Assembly: GCA_002269645.1 (NCBI GenBank)
Contig: NIVC01001689.1
Span: 1 to 64,000, forward strand
Reading direction: 5' to 3'
Source of the DNA: Macrostomum lignano
Lineage: Eukaryota
Length of the DNA stretch: 64,000 nt
Below are positions 35,383 through 47,100 of the stretch, piece by piece. Made by a program: the position numbers and the translations under genes. Within the stretch, counting starts at the first letter, position 1, and each line of letters begins with the position of its first letter. A model generated the notes under the pieces. That model saw only the letters and a program-made list of their open reading frames with translations, was not told the DNA's origin and made no database searches.

Positions 35383-36240
35383 TCTCTCTCTCTCTGCTCT
35401 CTGCTCTCTGCTCTCTCCTGTCTCATCTGTCTTCTCCTCTCTCATCCTTTCCCCTCTTTCCTCTCTCTCTCATCCTTTCCCCTCTTTCCCTGTCCTCTCG
35501 ATTCTCTCCCCTCTCCTCCCCTCCTCTTCCTCACTCACTTCTCTCTCCCTTTGTCTCACCTCTCCTCTTTTCTCTCTACTCTCCCATCTCTCGTCTGTTC
35601 ACTCTTGTTTCTGCTCTCTTATCTCCCCTCTCTCATCTGTCATTAATCTCTTATACTCGTGTGTTCTCTCACCTCTCTCCTCTGTACTCTTCTTTTTCCC
35701 CCTCTCTTTTCTTTCTCCTTTCTTCTCTTCTCTTCTCTTCCCTCTTCTATACTCTCTCCCTCTCTTGTCTTCTCTCTTCTCTCTCCACTCTCCTCTCTTC
35801 TCTCATATATCGTCTGTTCACTCTCACCTTTGCTCTCTCATCCCCCTTTCCCTTCTGTCATCTCTACTCTCCTCTCTCCTGTGTACTCTTCTCTTTCCCC
35901 TCTTGTATACTCTCTCCCCTCTATTCTCTTCTCCCGTCTCTCTGCACTCTGCTCTCTCTTCCTTCATCTCTCATCTCTACTCTCTTCTCACTCTTCTCTA
36001 CTCTCCTCTCCCATCGATCCTCTGTCTCATCTCTCCCCTCTTCTCTCTCCCTCTTCTCACCTTTACTATTTCCTCTCCCTCCTCTCTCCCCTCCTCTTGC
36101 TTCTTCCTCCCATATACTCTGCTGTCTGCTCTCTCCTTACCCCTCATCTCTCTTATTATCGTCTATCTTTTTTCTTACCCCCTCTCGCCCCTCCTCCCTT
36201 TCTAATAGTCTATTCCTTCTCCTTTTCACTCTCATCTGGC
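35060..36240. repeat. CT-rich low-complexity tract including (CT)n
   Basis: Almost purely pyrimidine. Confidence 0.9.
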
Positions 36241-36339
36241 CCGCAGCCATGAGCTGGATAAAAAGCTGGATTTTACCTTTCAGGTAAAAATCTGCCGATC
36301 CCTGCTTCGAAAGCCAGTTTGCGGGACGTAGTACTATCA

Positions 36340-38735
36340 TGGTTGTTATCATTTCTCATGCTTTAATCACGTCATCTTTCTGGCCAATTTGCAGCCCTGA
36401 GAGGAATTTGTGTATCTCCAGCTCCATCACCACTCTGCAGCAGTCTAACAACCAAGGAAATACGCATTTCTTAGGAACCATTTAAATTTTGAAGTACTTT
36501 ATGCTAATCTTAATGTTAAAATTTTCGTGGTGTAACTTTTAGTAGGATTGCATTGCAATCAGTTATTTATTAATTTCTCGCTATTTTTACAAACCATCCC
36601 ACATCGCCTTGATTTGCCATCCATCCACTGTTAAACTGCTGCAGACTTGTCTATACAAAGGACAGTGGCTTGAATCTCTCGCTAAACTGTCAAACGTTGC
36701 CTCTCCACGCGCGGGGTGCAGAGAAGGCCATAAAAATTTATTCCAAAACACTGTACATTCGCTATGTACATTGAGCCCTATCGCCTGACCCTTCGTCTGG
36801 GCTGGGGGAATGAGTGAGTTGAGCGCCACAAACAACAGAAAAAGCAGACAAACTTCACATGCTTACAGTTTCTTTTTCGGTTGAGTTACAGAGTTGAAAC
36901 ATTTAGATAGAGAATGAGTCGATGAAGAATTGTGTCAAGTTTGAAGTCAATCGCTTTACGTGGAGCAAAGTTATGGCAGTTGAAAGTTAGTCAATTTTGA
37001 AACCCCTTTTACACATCTGGGCCCAGATCGGGAAAGAGAGGCAGGCGGTCGGAGGTTGGGGTGGTTGCTACGCTGAAAAAAACAGCCTAATTTTAAAAGT
37101 GCACAGCACCGCTCAGGATTAACTTTGAGACTCGAAATTTTACACGATTGTGCCAAAATAGTTGAAGATTTCATTTTCAAACGGAGACGTTTCATTGCGT
37201 CGTGCCTCTGCGGTCTGATCTCTGTCCCGCTCCTGTCGTTGCTGAGTCTGGACAGTCGTTTCATTGCGTCGTGCCTCTGCGGTCTGATCTCTGTCCCGCT
37301 CCTGTCGTTGCTGAGTCTGGACAGTCGTTTCATTGCGTCGTGCCTCTGCGGTCTGATCTCTGTCCCGCTCCTGTCGTTGCTGAGTCTGGACAGTCGTTTC
37401 ATTGCGTCGTGCCTCTGCGGTCTGATCTCTGTCCCGCTCCTGTCGTTGCTGAGTCTGGACAGTCGTTTCATTGCGTCGTGCCTCTGCGGTCTGATCTCTG
37501 TCCCGCTCCTGTCGTTGCTGAGTCTGGACAGTCGTTTCATTGCGTCGTGCCTCTGCGGTCTGATCTCTGTCCCGCTCCTGTCGTTGCTGAGTCTGGACAG
37601 TCGTTTCATTGCGTCGTGCCTCTGCGGTCTGATCTCTGTCCCGCTCCTGTCGTTGCTGAGTCTGGACAGTCGTTTCATTGCGTCGTGCCTCTGCGGTCTG
37701 ATCTCTGTCCCGCTCCTGTCGTTGCTGAGTCTGGACAGTCGTTTCATTGCGTCGTGCCTCTGCGGTCTGATCTCTGTCCCGCTCCTGTCGTTGCTGAGTC
37801 TGGACAGTCGTTTCATTGCGTCGTGCCTCTGCGGTCTGATCTCTGTCCCGTTCCTGTCGTTGCTGAGTCTGAACAGTCGTTTCATTGCGTCGTGCCTCGG
37901 CTGTTTGCTGTCTTTTTTGTTCACGTCGTCTTTCTTCCCAATTTGCAGCCCTGAGAGGAACCTGTGTACTTCCAGTTCCATCGGAAGTGCTGGCACCGGC
38001 TGCTGATGTCGATGATCTTGTCGGTGGTCGAAGGCTTCTTTTCTGGGCTTGTTCTCCTAAGGCACTTGCACTCGATCTGGCCTGGGCAGAGCTACCTGTG
38101 TTGTCTGCTTCCTCTGTGCTATGTGATGTTCCTGCTTCAGCCGCATTGCTTTGCCTTGTAGATCTCCATCGTCTAGCTGCAGCAGTGAAACGACCCAATG
38201 CGCTTTTCTTTGGGGGCATTTGAATTTTAAAGTGCCTTTAAATAGGACTTAGTGTTACAAATTCTATTTTGTGTGACTAATTCAGGAATCAGGATTGCAT
38301 CGTATCGCTTTTTGTACCACAGACAACTATGCTAGTCTTATCGATTGCCATCTTCCTCATCCAAGAAAGAAAGAAAGGCAGGCGGGCGGAGGTTGGGGTG
38401 GCTGTCTCGCTGAAAAAAACAGCCAAACTTTAAAAGTGCACAGCGCCGTTCAGGATTAACTTTGAGACTCGAAATTTTACACGATTGTGTCAAAATAGTT
38501 GAAAATTGATTGTGTCAAATTTGAAGAGGATCGGTAGAAGTGGAGCGGCGCTATGGAGGATTAAGTGAAAAAATCGCGCATTTTGAGCAGTTTTTTGTAC
38601 TTTTAGGTAGGAAGACTCAAATTTAGGAAATTTTAAGGTAGCCTAAGACATTCTCCGTAGTAAGTTTAGGCTGGGTGTAAAGTTTGGTGTAATTTGGTTG
38701 AGCGGTTTGGGAGTCCATAGCGAAGTAATTTGTCC

Positions 38736-38772
<37 letters not shown>

Positions 38773-38795
38773 GTTTCGATTTTTATATGTAGAGA
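36340..38795 (-). mobile_element. Non-autonomous Helitron-derived element with partial tandem duplication
   Basis: 5' end A|TCTCTACATATAAAAA...(TCTG)n...ACTCCCAAACCGCTCAACCAAATT resembles Helitron 5' termini. A ~125-bp block repeats at 37040 and 38376, and the ORF N-terminus is echoed near 36380-36480. The 3' CTRR end was not located. Confidence 0.6.
37140..38219 (-). CDS. Truncated Helitron-type N-terminal ORF with ten 23-aa STPR-like repeats
   Basis: Starts MPPKKSALGR; 10 copies of TAEARRNETTVQTQQRQERDRDQ (69-bp unit); no Rep or helicase domain follows. Confidence 0.55.
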   Translation of the reverse strand: MPPKKSALGRFTAAARRWRSTRQSNAAEAGTSHSTEEADNTGSSAQARSSASALGEQAQKRSLRPPTRSSTSAAGASTSDGTGSTQVPLRAANWEERRREQKRQQTAEARRNETTVQTQQRQERDRDQTAEARRNETTVQTQQRQERDRDQTAEARRNETTVQTQQRQERDRDQTAEARRNETTVQTQQRQERDRDQTAEARRNETTVQTQQRQERDRDQTAEARRNETTVQTQQRQERDRDQTAEARRNETTVQTQQRQERDRDQTAEARRNETTVQTQQRQERDRDQTAEARRNETTVQTQQRQERDRDQTAEARRNETTVQTQQRQERDRDQTAEARRNETSPFENEIFNYFGTIV

Positions 38796-38974
38796 TGAGG
38801 CTTACTGCAATTGCCACAGACAAAGGATTTGTTTGCCGCATCAACTTAGATTGCCACTAAGAAGAATCAGCTTCGCTCGCCTTATTTTGTCTTAGCCTGT
38901 AAGCACTAATTTGCCAGAGTGATTTTTCTGAAGCCAAGTCTCTGCGTCCCCTGCAAAAGTTTTGCGTCCTCTGC

Positions 38975-40060
38975 ATGCCAAATAAATGCGCCGTTTTTGG
39001 CCGCAAGTCCGGCAGCAAGTCGGCAACGGCACGGTCAGCGAGGATTTCATTCCACAAGTTTCCGAATCGAGACGACCTGCTGCAAAAATGCAGTTAAAGA
39101 GATTTCCCGAGAAGCAACTTTCAAGCCATCGAAGCACACTCGAATTTGCTCTCTTCACTTCACGGAATCAGATTTTATTACAACAACACGACACGAAGGT
39201 GCCAATCTTGTAAAACGAAGATTAAGAGAAGATGCAGTTCCCACCCAATACAGAACGACCAGCATGCCATCATATTTCACAAAAACTCCACCAGGTTAGC
39301 GATCAGGAAACGAATCGTCGCAACGGCGTCACGAGGTTCATGTCGCACAGGTGGAACAACAAGAGAGAGATTATTTTGCCAGTGAAACACTCACACTTTA
39401 GACACTCTCAGCATTATGCTTATAGCTAATGGTCTACCTCCCATGATCAAGAGTTGCATAGTCGTGAATTGTAAGTTGGAAGTCCTAGTTTTTTATGGCA
39501 GTCGGGCAGCATCGCCAAAACAGTACAGCCACATCATTCCAGTGTCCTCAACTCTGAAATCAGCCGTTGTGAAGTCTGCAACTGAATCCAATGCATTCCA
39601 CATTGACCACAAAGAGGCTGCATGCTCTAGATAGTCTCAAACAGTTGCTCCAGCAAGACAATTGTCCGTCAGTGCGCCGTCTTGCCTGGCTTTTATTACT
39701 GAGCAGCTCAAGCTGGTTAATGTGGACCAGCATGCTCGACGCTATTCACCCGAGTTAATAGTTTTCTCTTATATTCTGCTTTCTGTGAGTCCGGCTGCTG
39801 ATCAGCGGCTTCTGGAGACCAAATCGCTGTGCTGGCGTGTCTTCACAGAAGTCAAGAACACACCTAACCTAAAACACAAACTTCTGTCAGCTTCCAATCA
39901 AAGAGAGACATTTTATCTCGTGATGGACCTCGTGCTGACAGATCATGGTGACTTTCTATCTGGTAGGACACACTGCACCGCTGGCCATGATCTGGTCCGC
40001 GAGATTGCACCAACAGGTTTTTCAATTGCATGTCCAAGATGCTAATAGAGCAGATCAATC
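38975..40060 (+). pseudogene. THAP-domain P-type transposase pseudogene, internally deleted
   Basis: MPNKCAVFGRK...FHKFPN, then a frameshift, then RICSLHF...RLREDAVPT; later RRYSPELIVFSYILLSVSPAA; stops and frameshifts present. Confidence 0.75.
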
Positions 40061-41168
40061 AAGCTGAGACAAACAAAACATTGAAGAGGAAGTTGACGAA
40101 ACTGCCAAAACTCACAGGTGGGAAGCATTGATTTTGATGCGTGGTGCCCACTAACAATTTTTCGTATAGCCAGACTGGCGTAACTGACCTGGCAAAAGTG
40201 AGATTCATTTGGTTTTATTGCTGTATTCTTTCTTTGCTTGCCAGACATTTCTGAATTGTGCTTTCAGTTTTCGTTTCTTTTTGTTTGCTTTTTGTTACAG
40301 TTTCTCAATACAGTTTATAAGCCATCTACTCTTGCTTTGCTTGCTTGACATACTTCTGCGCCTACTTGTGTTACATCTAGAAATTGATGTCTTCTTATGT
40401 CGCGTTTCATTCCTCTGCTTTTGTTATTGTTTCGGAAATATACTTTGAAATACGATCCTTCTTTTTGAATACTCTGTGTGTTTACGTCGCACGCTTGCAA
40501 TCTCTAATATTGGCCTCATCTTGTAGAGCTGATATTTCAGTTGTAATTCCAGTTGCTAGATTTAGAGTTCCTTGCATCAGAGCACACTGGGACCCAGTCA
40601 GAGCGAATAATTAAATAAATTGCACAGCAAAGAGTTTCAGAAATATTTTCTCTGTCATGAAAACTGTGACGGACTCCAACAAATTATTTGGGCAGGGCAC
40701 GCAGGTGTGACAATCGCGCGCCTGTAATTATAACCCAGATTGCATACGTATAGTTTCCTCTCTTACAAGTTATTCTAGGCACAAAGTTGTTTCATTACAG
40801 TTCTGCGCAACTCTTTAATGTTAAATTGACTGAAAATGCAGCTGAAATCATTAATTAATTGATAAGGACGCACAATTCACAACAAACTAAAACACACCGA
40901 GCCTTTAAGTTAAAACGTGTCCTTTGAAACACCGACACACTACTTAGCGGAATAAGTAGTTAAAGCGCGTTTTGTATATGAACCCCCCAAAAATTACTGA
41001 ATATATAAAATTTAAAAGCCAGCCGATTCCAGCTAGCAGAGAAACCGCGGGCCAAAGCTGGCGGTGGGTGCTAAATGCACAGAGTGCGAATAAATCCAGC
41101 CGCAGTTCGTACAAGTAGCAGCAGTAGTATGTATTGAGTATATGCTACTTCACTCCTGGCCTGCTAGC

Positions 41169-44100
41169 TTAGTTGTCGCCGCCGCCGAAGAAGCGGCCTC
41201 GCTTGGCTGGTGGGCCGCCGCGGCCGCCGCCACCGCGTCCTCGGCCGCCGCCGCGACCTCCACGGCCTCCGCGACCGCCGCGACCGCCGCCGCCGCCGCG
41301 ATTGGCGCGGGACTCGTACTGCTGCTGACGGGCCTGGAACACCAGGGCCCACAGCCTGTCCTCCTCCTCGCCAGTTGGCACCGTGCCAGTCAGCTCGGCG
41401 TCACGAAATTTCACCGAGCCGCCTTTGGCTTCGCACAGCTTTGCCCAGGCCGGGGCGGCTGAGTTCTCCTCCTTGAATCTGCGGAGTGTGGACGATTCTG
41501 GGGTCTGGTGGCCGATTCTGGGGAGTCTGATGGGCGATTCTGGGGAGTCTGGTGGGCGATTCTGGGGAGTCTGATGGGCGATTCTGGGGAGTCTGATGGG
41601 CGATTCTGGGGAGTCTGATGGGCGATTCTGGGGAGTCTGGTGGGCGATTCTGGGGAGTCTGATGGGCGATTCTGGGGAGTCTGGTAGGCGATTCTGGGGA
41701 GTCTGGTGGGCGATTCTGGGGTCTGATGAGCGATTCTGGGGAGTCTAATGGGCGATTCTGGGGAGTCTGATGGGCGATTCTGGGGAGTCTGATGGGCGAT
41801 TCTGGGGAGCAGGGACTACTCAATTCTCGGGACGGGAAACGGCCAAATCATGCAGAAAAAAGATGGAGGCCGATTTTCTCTGCTCTCTGCTGATCTTATG
41901 TTTTATCGCAAGAGCTTCAGCTTTTCACTATGTACACAAAATTTATCCCTCTTCAACTTCCTGTAGCCTGTTTCTACTCAAATAATTTCGGATAAATGCT
42001 AGGAGACATTTTATACAGTACCCCTTTAATACACAAACTCGATGCTTGATAAGCCAAGTGCATCTGTTGTAGAAGTCTATGGGAAACACTGAAGCAAGAA
42101 GTGAAAGCTTGTATTATGTGATGGCCTAAAAGGTAAGGACTGATACCATAGAATGCAAATAAATAGTCAACTTTGGACTCCTCTGTGAGTTAACTTGGCT
42201 GGGTAGCCACGACACGACAGAAATTTTCATTTGCTCTTCCTAATTTTGCTTTGCGTTTTTTCGCATTCATGCCAAGGAAATGCTGTGTGCAATCATGCAA
42301 GTCGAACTATTTGAACGAAAAAACTTCTGTTAAAGTCTTTACTTTCCCAAACGATCCTATAGAGAAGGAAAAATGGCGACTGGCTCTACCAAATTTCATC
42401 AAGGTGAGTCGAGCAGTAAACTGGTAATAATGAAATTCGTGATTTTACTCTCTGCTGGGCAAGTTGGAGAGACAGTGCATTGTCTCTCTTGTTCGGAAGG
42501 ACAAGTTTTGCGAGGTATTGTTTCTGTAGCACACCGCTCATAATTCTACAGGATCCAACACCGCATATGGCAGTATGCGAGAAGCACTGGCCAATATCAG
42601 TGCCAATGATAAAACGCAGCAGATATGAGCGACCTGTCGACCCGCCGTCCGTCTTTGACGTTGCAATTCCCCCATCATGTTTTGTTCAATCGAAATGTGA
42701 GAATTTGTCAATACATAAACTGTACACGTATTGTGCTACCAACATACAAACGATTCTCCATCGCATTGCTTACGTCCATAATTTTAGCATTAGCGAGAAA
42801 ACCAAAAGTCCGTCGCGTTTTGTCTGCCGAAAGAAATTTTAAACCGGACGAGTTGGAAGAATTTCGTAAAATCGACAGTTTGCCAGGCTGGAGCGAGCTC
42901 GTTTCTGCACTCAAATCATCAGATATCGTTGCTCAACATTCGCTGTTTGTATCGTTATGCAATGAAGAAGTTTATTTGTTTGGTTTGGATTCGAGCGGAG
43001 AACTAAAGATCAAGATTTTTATTTCGTCCAACTTTGCAACTCGTGCTTTTCACTATCATTCGCCGGTTCCGCTGAGAGATCTGCTAGGATTCCAGCCTAC
43101 ATTGAAGTATTTTTCACAACTCGATGCCATTATCGTTCGATGCATGAATTTTCAACTGTCTGTTCAGCATGAGTTGAAAGCGATGTCGTCGTCATTTCTT
43201 CAAGTGTTGGAATTAGAAAATACTGTCATCACGAATCCATCGATACAGTTTTTAATTTCACAACTACAGCTAATTTCTACAAGTCCAGTGAGTCGTCGGT
43301 ACGACATTGCCACACTAAGGCAGTCAGCTCTTATCTATTTAATCAGCAGTTCGGCTTACTCTCAACTTCGCACTCTGTTGCCACTGCCACATCAAAGAAC
43401 TCTCCGTACAAATTTGGCCGGTCTTGGAGAGATTGGAACTGCAGCCGATTCTGATGAAACTATTCGAACAGTTTTTTCTGCACTTCGCGGCACCCAGCTG
43501 AACTGCGTTTTACTATTTGACGAGATGTACGTGCAGCCATCTGTCAGATTTAGATGTAAACATCTGTTTGGACAAGCGGAGGACGACTCGGCGAAAATTG
43601 CTCGGACAATTCTGGCGATAATGTTGAAGCCGCTAATGGGTGGAAAACCATTCATATTGCGCCTTATACCAATTTTTCTACTCACAGCCGAATTTCTCAA
43701 ACAGCAACTAAGTCAAAGCATTGAGTTGGTCAACAAGCATGGTGGTACTGTTTTCGCTTTGGTTTGCGACAATCATCCTACTAACAGAAAATGTTTTAAT
43801 TTGTTCAGAGATCAGCAGCAAAACAAGGATTGGATTGGACGAGACGTCAATCAGACTAGTCAATTTTTTATGATCAATGACATGGTCCACTTGTTGAAAT
43901 CGATAAGAAACAACTGGCAGACTGAACAGAAGGGGACTATAGCACTTCGAATTCCGGGATGCGACAGAGTCATTTCGGCGAAATGGAGTCACATCATTCA
44001 TGTCTTTAAGGCTGAACAAAACCACGTTGTCAGACGAACAAATCTCACTCACGGGGCATGCTACCCAAATGGAATTCAGAAAACCTGTGTTTCTCTTGCT

Positions 44101-47100
44101 CTGCAGGTATTTGATGACAAGGTAGTAGCTGCTCTTGCGTGCGATGGATTCCACGATACTGCAAAGTTTGTAGAATCTATTGTTAAGTTTTGGAAAACAG
44201 TTAATTGCCGCAACCCTTATTTGCACAAACGACTGAACGATCCTGATCGAAAGCCAATTTCCTCGATTTCGGACGAACGTTTAGTATTCTTAAGTGCCTT
44301 GGCACAGGCTGTGTCTGAACGTGGCGGTGGTAGAGGACGAAGTCGACATCAATGCCTTACGACCGAGACCAAAAACGCATTATGTAACAGTCTGTTCGGT
44401 GTGGTAGAAAAGTGTCACCAACTGCTGGAAACCGGTGCTATGCAGTATGTTCTGCTATCAGAATTCAACACTGATCCTTTAGAAGGTGAATTCGGAGTCT
44501 ATCGCCAAATGAGTGGAGGCAACTATTTTATTTCAGTCGAACAAGTTTTTCTTAGCGCCCGACTGAGACGAATGAAGCTCTTTACATCGCTTGAATTGTC
44601 CGACTTCAGTCACCAACAGAGCCACTGCTGCGACAGTCAACTATCAGATGAGGAATTAGGGACAGTCGACAGTTGCTGCATTTCTGCGGAGAATTTGACA
44701 TCGCATGAGAATGCTGCCCTATATTACATTTCAGGAAAGTTTCAAATTGCTTCTTCAAGCAATTTTGTATTCTTGCACGAGTATAATAATGTTCGTATAT
44801 ATATCTACTTTCATTTATCTTTTTGCTTTTAACTACCTAGGCTACGTTGCAGCAAAGGAAGGAATTCCCGCTGACGCAGAAGCAGCACGAAATGAACCAT
44901 GCGAATTTACGGAGCTTGTTTCCCGTGGAAAGCTAGCGCATCCACCAGAATGGCTTTTCCAATTCTCACGCCTTTGTTATGCTAGCTTCACATCATATTC
45001 ACCAAGCTGTGCAACCCGTGTGCAACAGATATTCAATGCTATCGCCGAATATTTCTTTCCAGACAAGGACATTCATACCACTTCGGTGACTCGTCGCCTA
45101 TCAAACTGCTTTTTCAAAGGACTTGTGCGAAACTGCAAAACTGCAGAACAAACACCAGACGCAAGTGATCGTAAAATCACAAAGCTACGCAGTTCATCTC
45201 GTTTATAAGCGCGATAGATACCGACTGAGACTACTGGATTACGAATTCGATTTGTCGCATTGCTTATATTTGCTTACTACTATTGGGATACTTTGTTATG
45301 CTTACTTTGTTTGTTCTGGTTCATGTGCGTTTTGCACTTGCTTGTGGTTCTCTTGCCTTTTGCTCTTATCGTGTTTATTGTTCTTTATATGCTTGTTGTG
45401 AATGTTGTGTTTCTTGTATTTATGCATTTGGTGTTGTTGAATAATTCTAGTGCACAATAGTGTGTATTCTAGCGCGATCGTTCTCCAAATCTTGGTATAC
45501 ACGTACTGACTATATACAACAGTTTTGTTAATCTTATATCTTATGTTGAATAACTTCTCGTATAATACAAGCTTTCACTTCTTGCTTCAGTGTTTCCCAT
45601 AGACTTCTACAACAGATGCACTTGGCTTATCAAGCATCGAGTTTGTGTATTAAAGGGGTACTGTATAAAATGTCTCCTAGCATTTATCCGAAATTATTTG
45701 AGTAGAAACAGGCTACAGGAAGTTGAAGAGGGATAAATTTTGTGTACATAGTGAAAAGCTGAAGCTCTTGCGATAAAACATAAGATCAGCAGAGAACAGA
45801 GAAAATCGGCCTCCATCTTTTTTCTGCATGAAATGGCCGTTTCCCGTCCCGAGAATTGAGTAGTCCCTGCTGGGGAGTCTGGTGGGCGATTCTGGGGAGT
45901 CTGATGGGCGATTCTGGGGAGTCTGATGGGCGATTCTGGGGAGTCTGATGGGCGATTCTGGGGAGTCTGATGGGCGATTCTGGGGTCTGATGGGCGATTC
46001 TGGGGAGTCTGATGGCCGATTCTGGGGTCTGATGGGCGATTCTGGGGAGTCTGATGGGCGATTCTGGGGAGTCTGATGGGCGATTCTGGGGAGTCTAATG
46101 GGCGATTCTGGGGAGTCTGGTGGGCGATTCTGGGGAGTCTGATGGGCGATTCTGGGGAGTCTGATGGGCGATTCTGGGGAGTCTGGTAGGCGATTCTGGG
46201 GAGTCTGGTGGGCGATTCTGGGGTCTGATGAGCGATTCTGGGGAGTCTGGTGGGCGATTCTGGGGTCTGATCGGCGATTATGGGGAGTCTGATGGGCGAT
46301 TCTGGGGAGTCTGATGGGCGATTCTGGGGTCTGATGGGCGATTCTGGGGTCTGATGGGCGATTCTGGGGTCTGATGGGCGATTCTGGGGTCTGATGGGCG
46401 ATTCTGGGGTCTGATGGGCGATTCTGGGGAGTCTGATGGCCGATTCTGGGGTCTGATGGGCGATTCTGGGGAGTCTGATGGGCGATTCTGGGGAGTCTGA
46501 TGGGCGATTCTGGGGAGTCTGGTGGGCGATTCTGGGGTCTGATGGGCGATTCTGGGGTCTGATGGGCAATTCTGGGGAGTCTAATGGGCGATTCTGGGGT
46601 CTGATGGGCGATTCTGGGGAGTCTGATGGGCGATTCTGGGGAGTCTGGTGGGCGATTCTGGGGTCTGATGGGCGATTCTGGGGAGCCTGACGGGCGATTC
46701 CAGAGCACACCAAGATCAATAAGAGTTACCTGGCATAGAGGACTGACTCGTAGAAGTCCAGATAAAAGTCCTTGCCAAAGGCGTCGCCCAGTTCGGCCCG
46801 CAGGTCCTGGAACAGTATGGTCAGCTTGGCCTTGTCGTTGGGCTCCGAGACCCCGTCAATCCTGAGCAGGCTGCCGCGGACAATTTTAGCCTTCAATTTC
46901 TCCTTGTCGATGGCCGCCTTGGCTTCGAGTCGTTTCGCTTCGATCTCGGCGCGGCGCTTTGAGTTCTCCTGGCGCTGCAGCTGAGTGCGCTCCTGGTGGA
47001 TTGTGGCGGCGTGGATTCCAGAGTATCTGTTACTAAGGCATTGGGATTTGTGCTGCTATGCGATTGGGATTTTGTTGCTATGTGGGATTTTGTTGCTATG

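Larger units (their letters stand above)
34742..40574 (+). mobile_element. Decayed P-superfamily (Galileo-like) element with nested cargo
   Basis: 42-bp TIRs CAAGGATTTCTAAATCTAGCAACTGGAATGACAACTGAAATA and its inverse at 40533-40574 (3 mismatches); 7-bp TSD CATCAGA on both sides; internal THAP transposase remnant. Confidence 0.75.
41490..46700. repeat. 21-22-bp minisatellite (GGCGATTCTGGGGAGTCTGATG) in La intron 3, split by a transposon
   Basis: Arrays at 41490-41809 and 45870-46700. Confidence 0.9.

Noticed and set aside
33270-36287. 300-440 aa ORFs over the 28-bp array and the CT tract
   Set aside because: Low-complexity translations open in several frames, with no domain signal.
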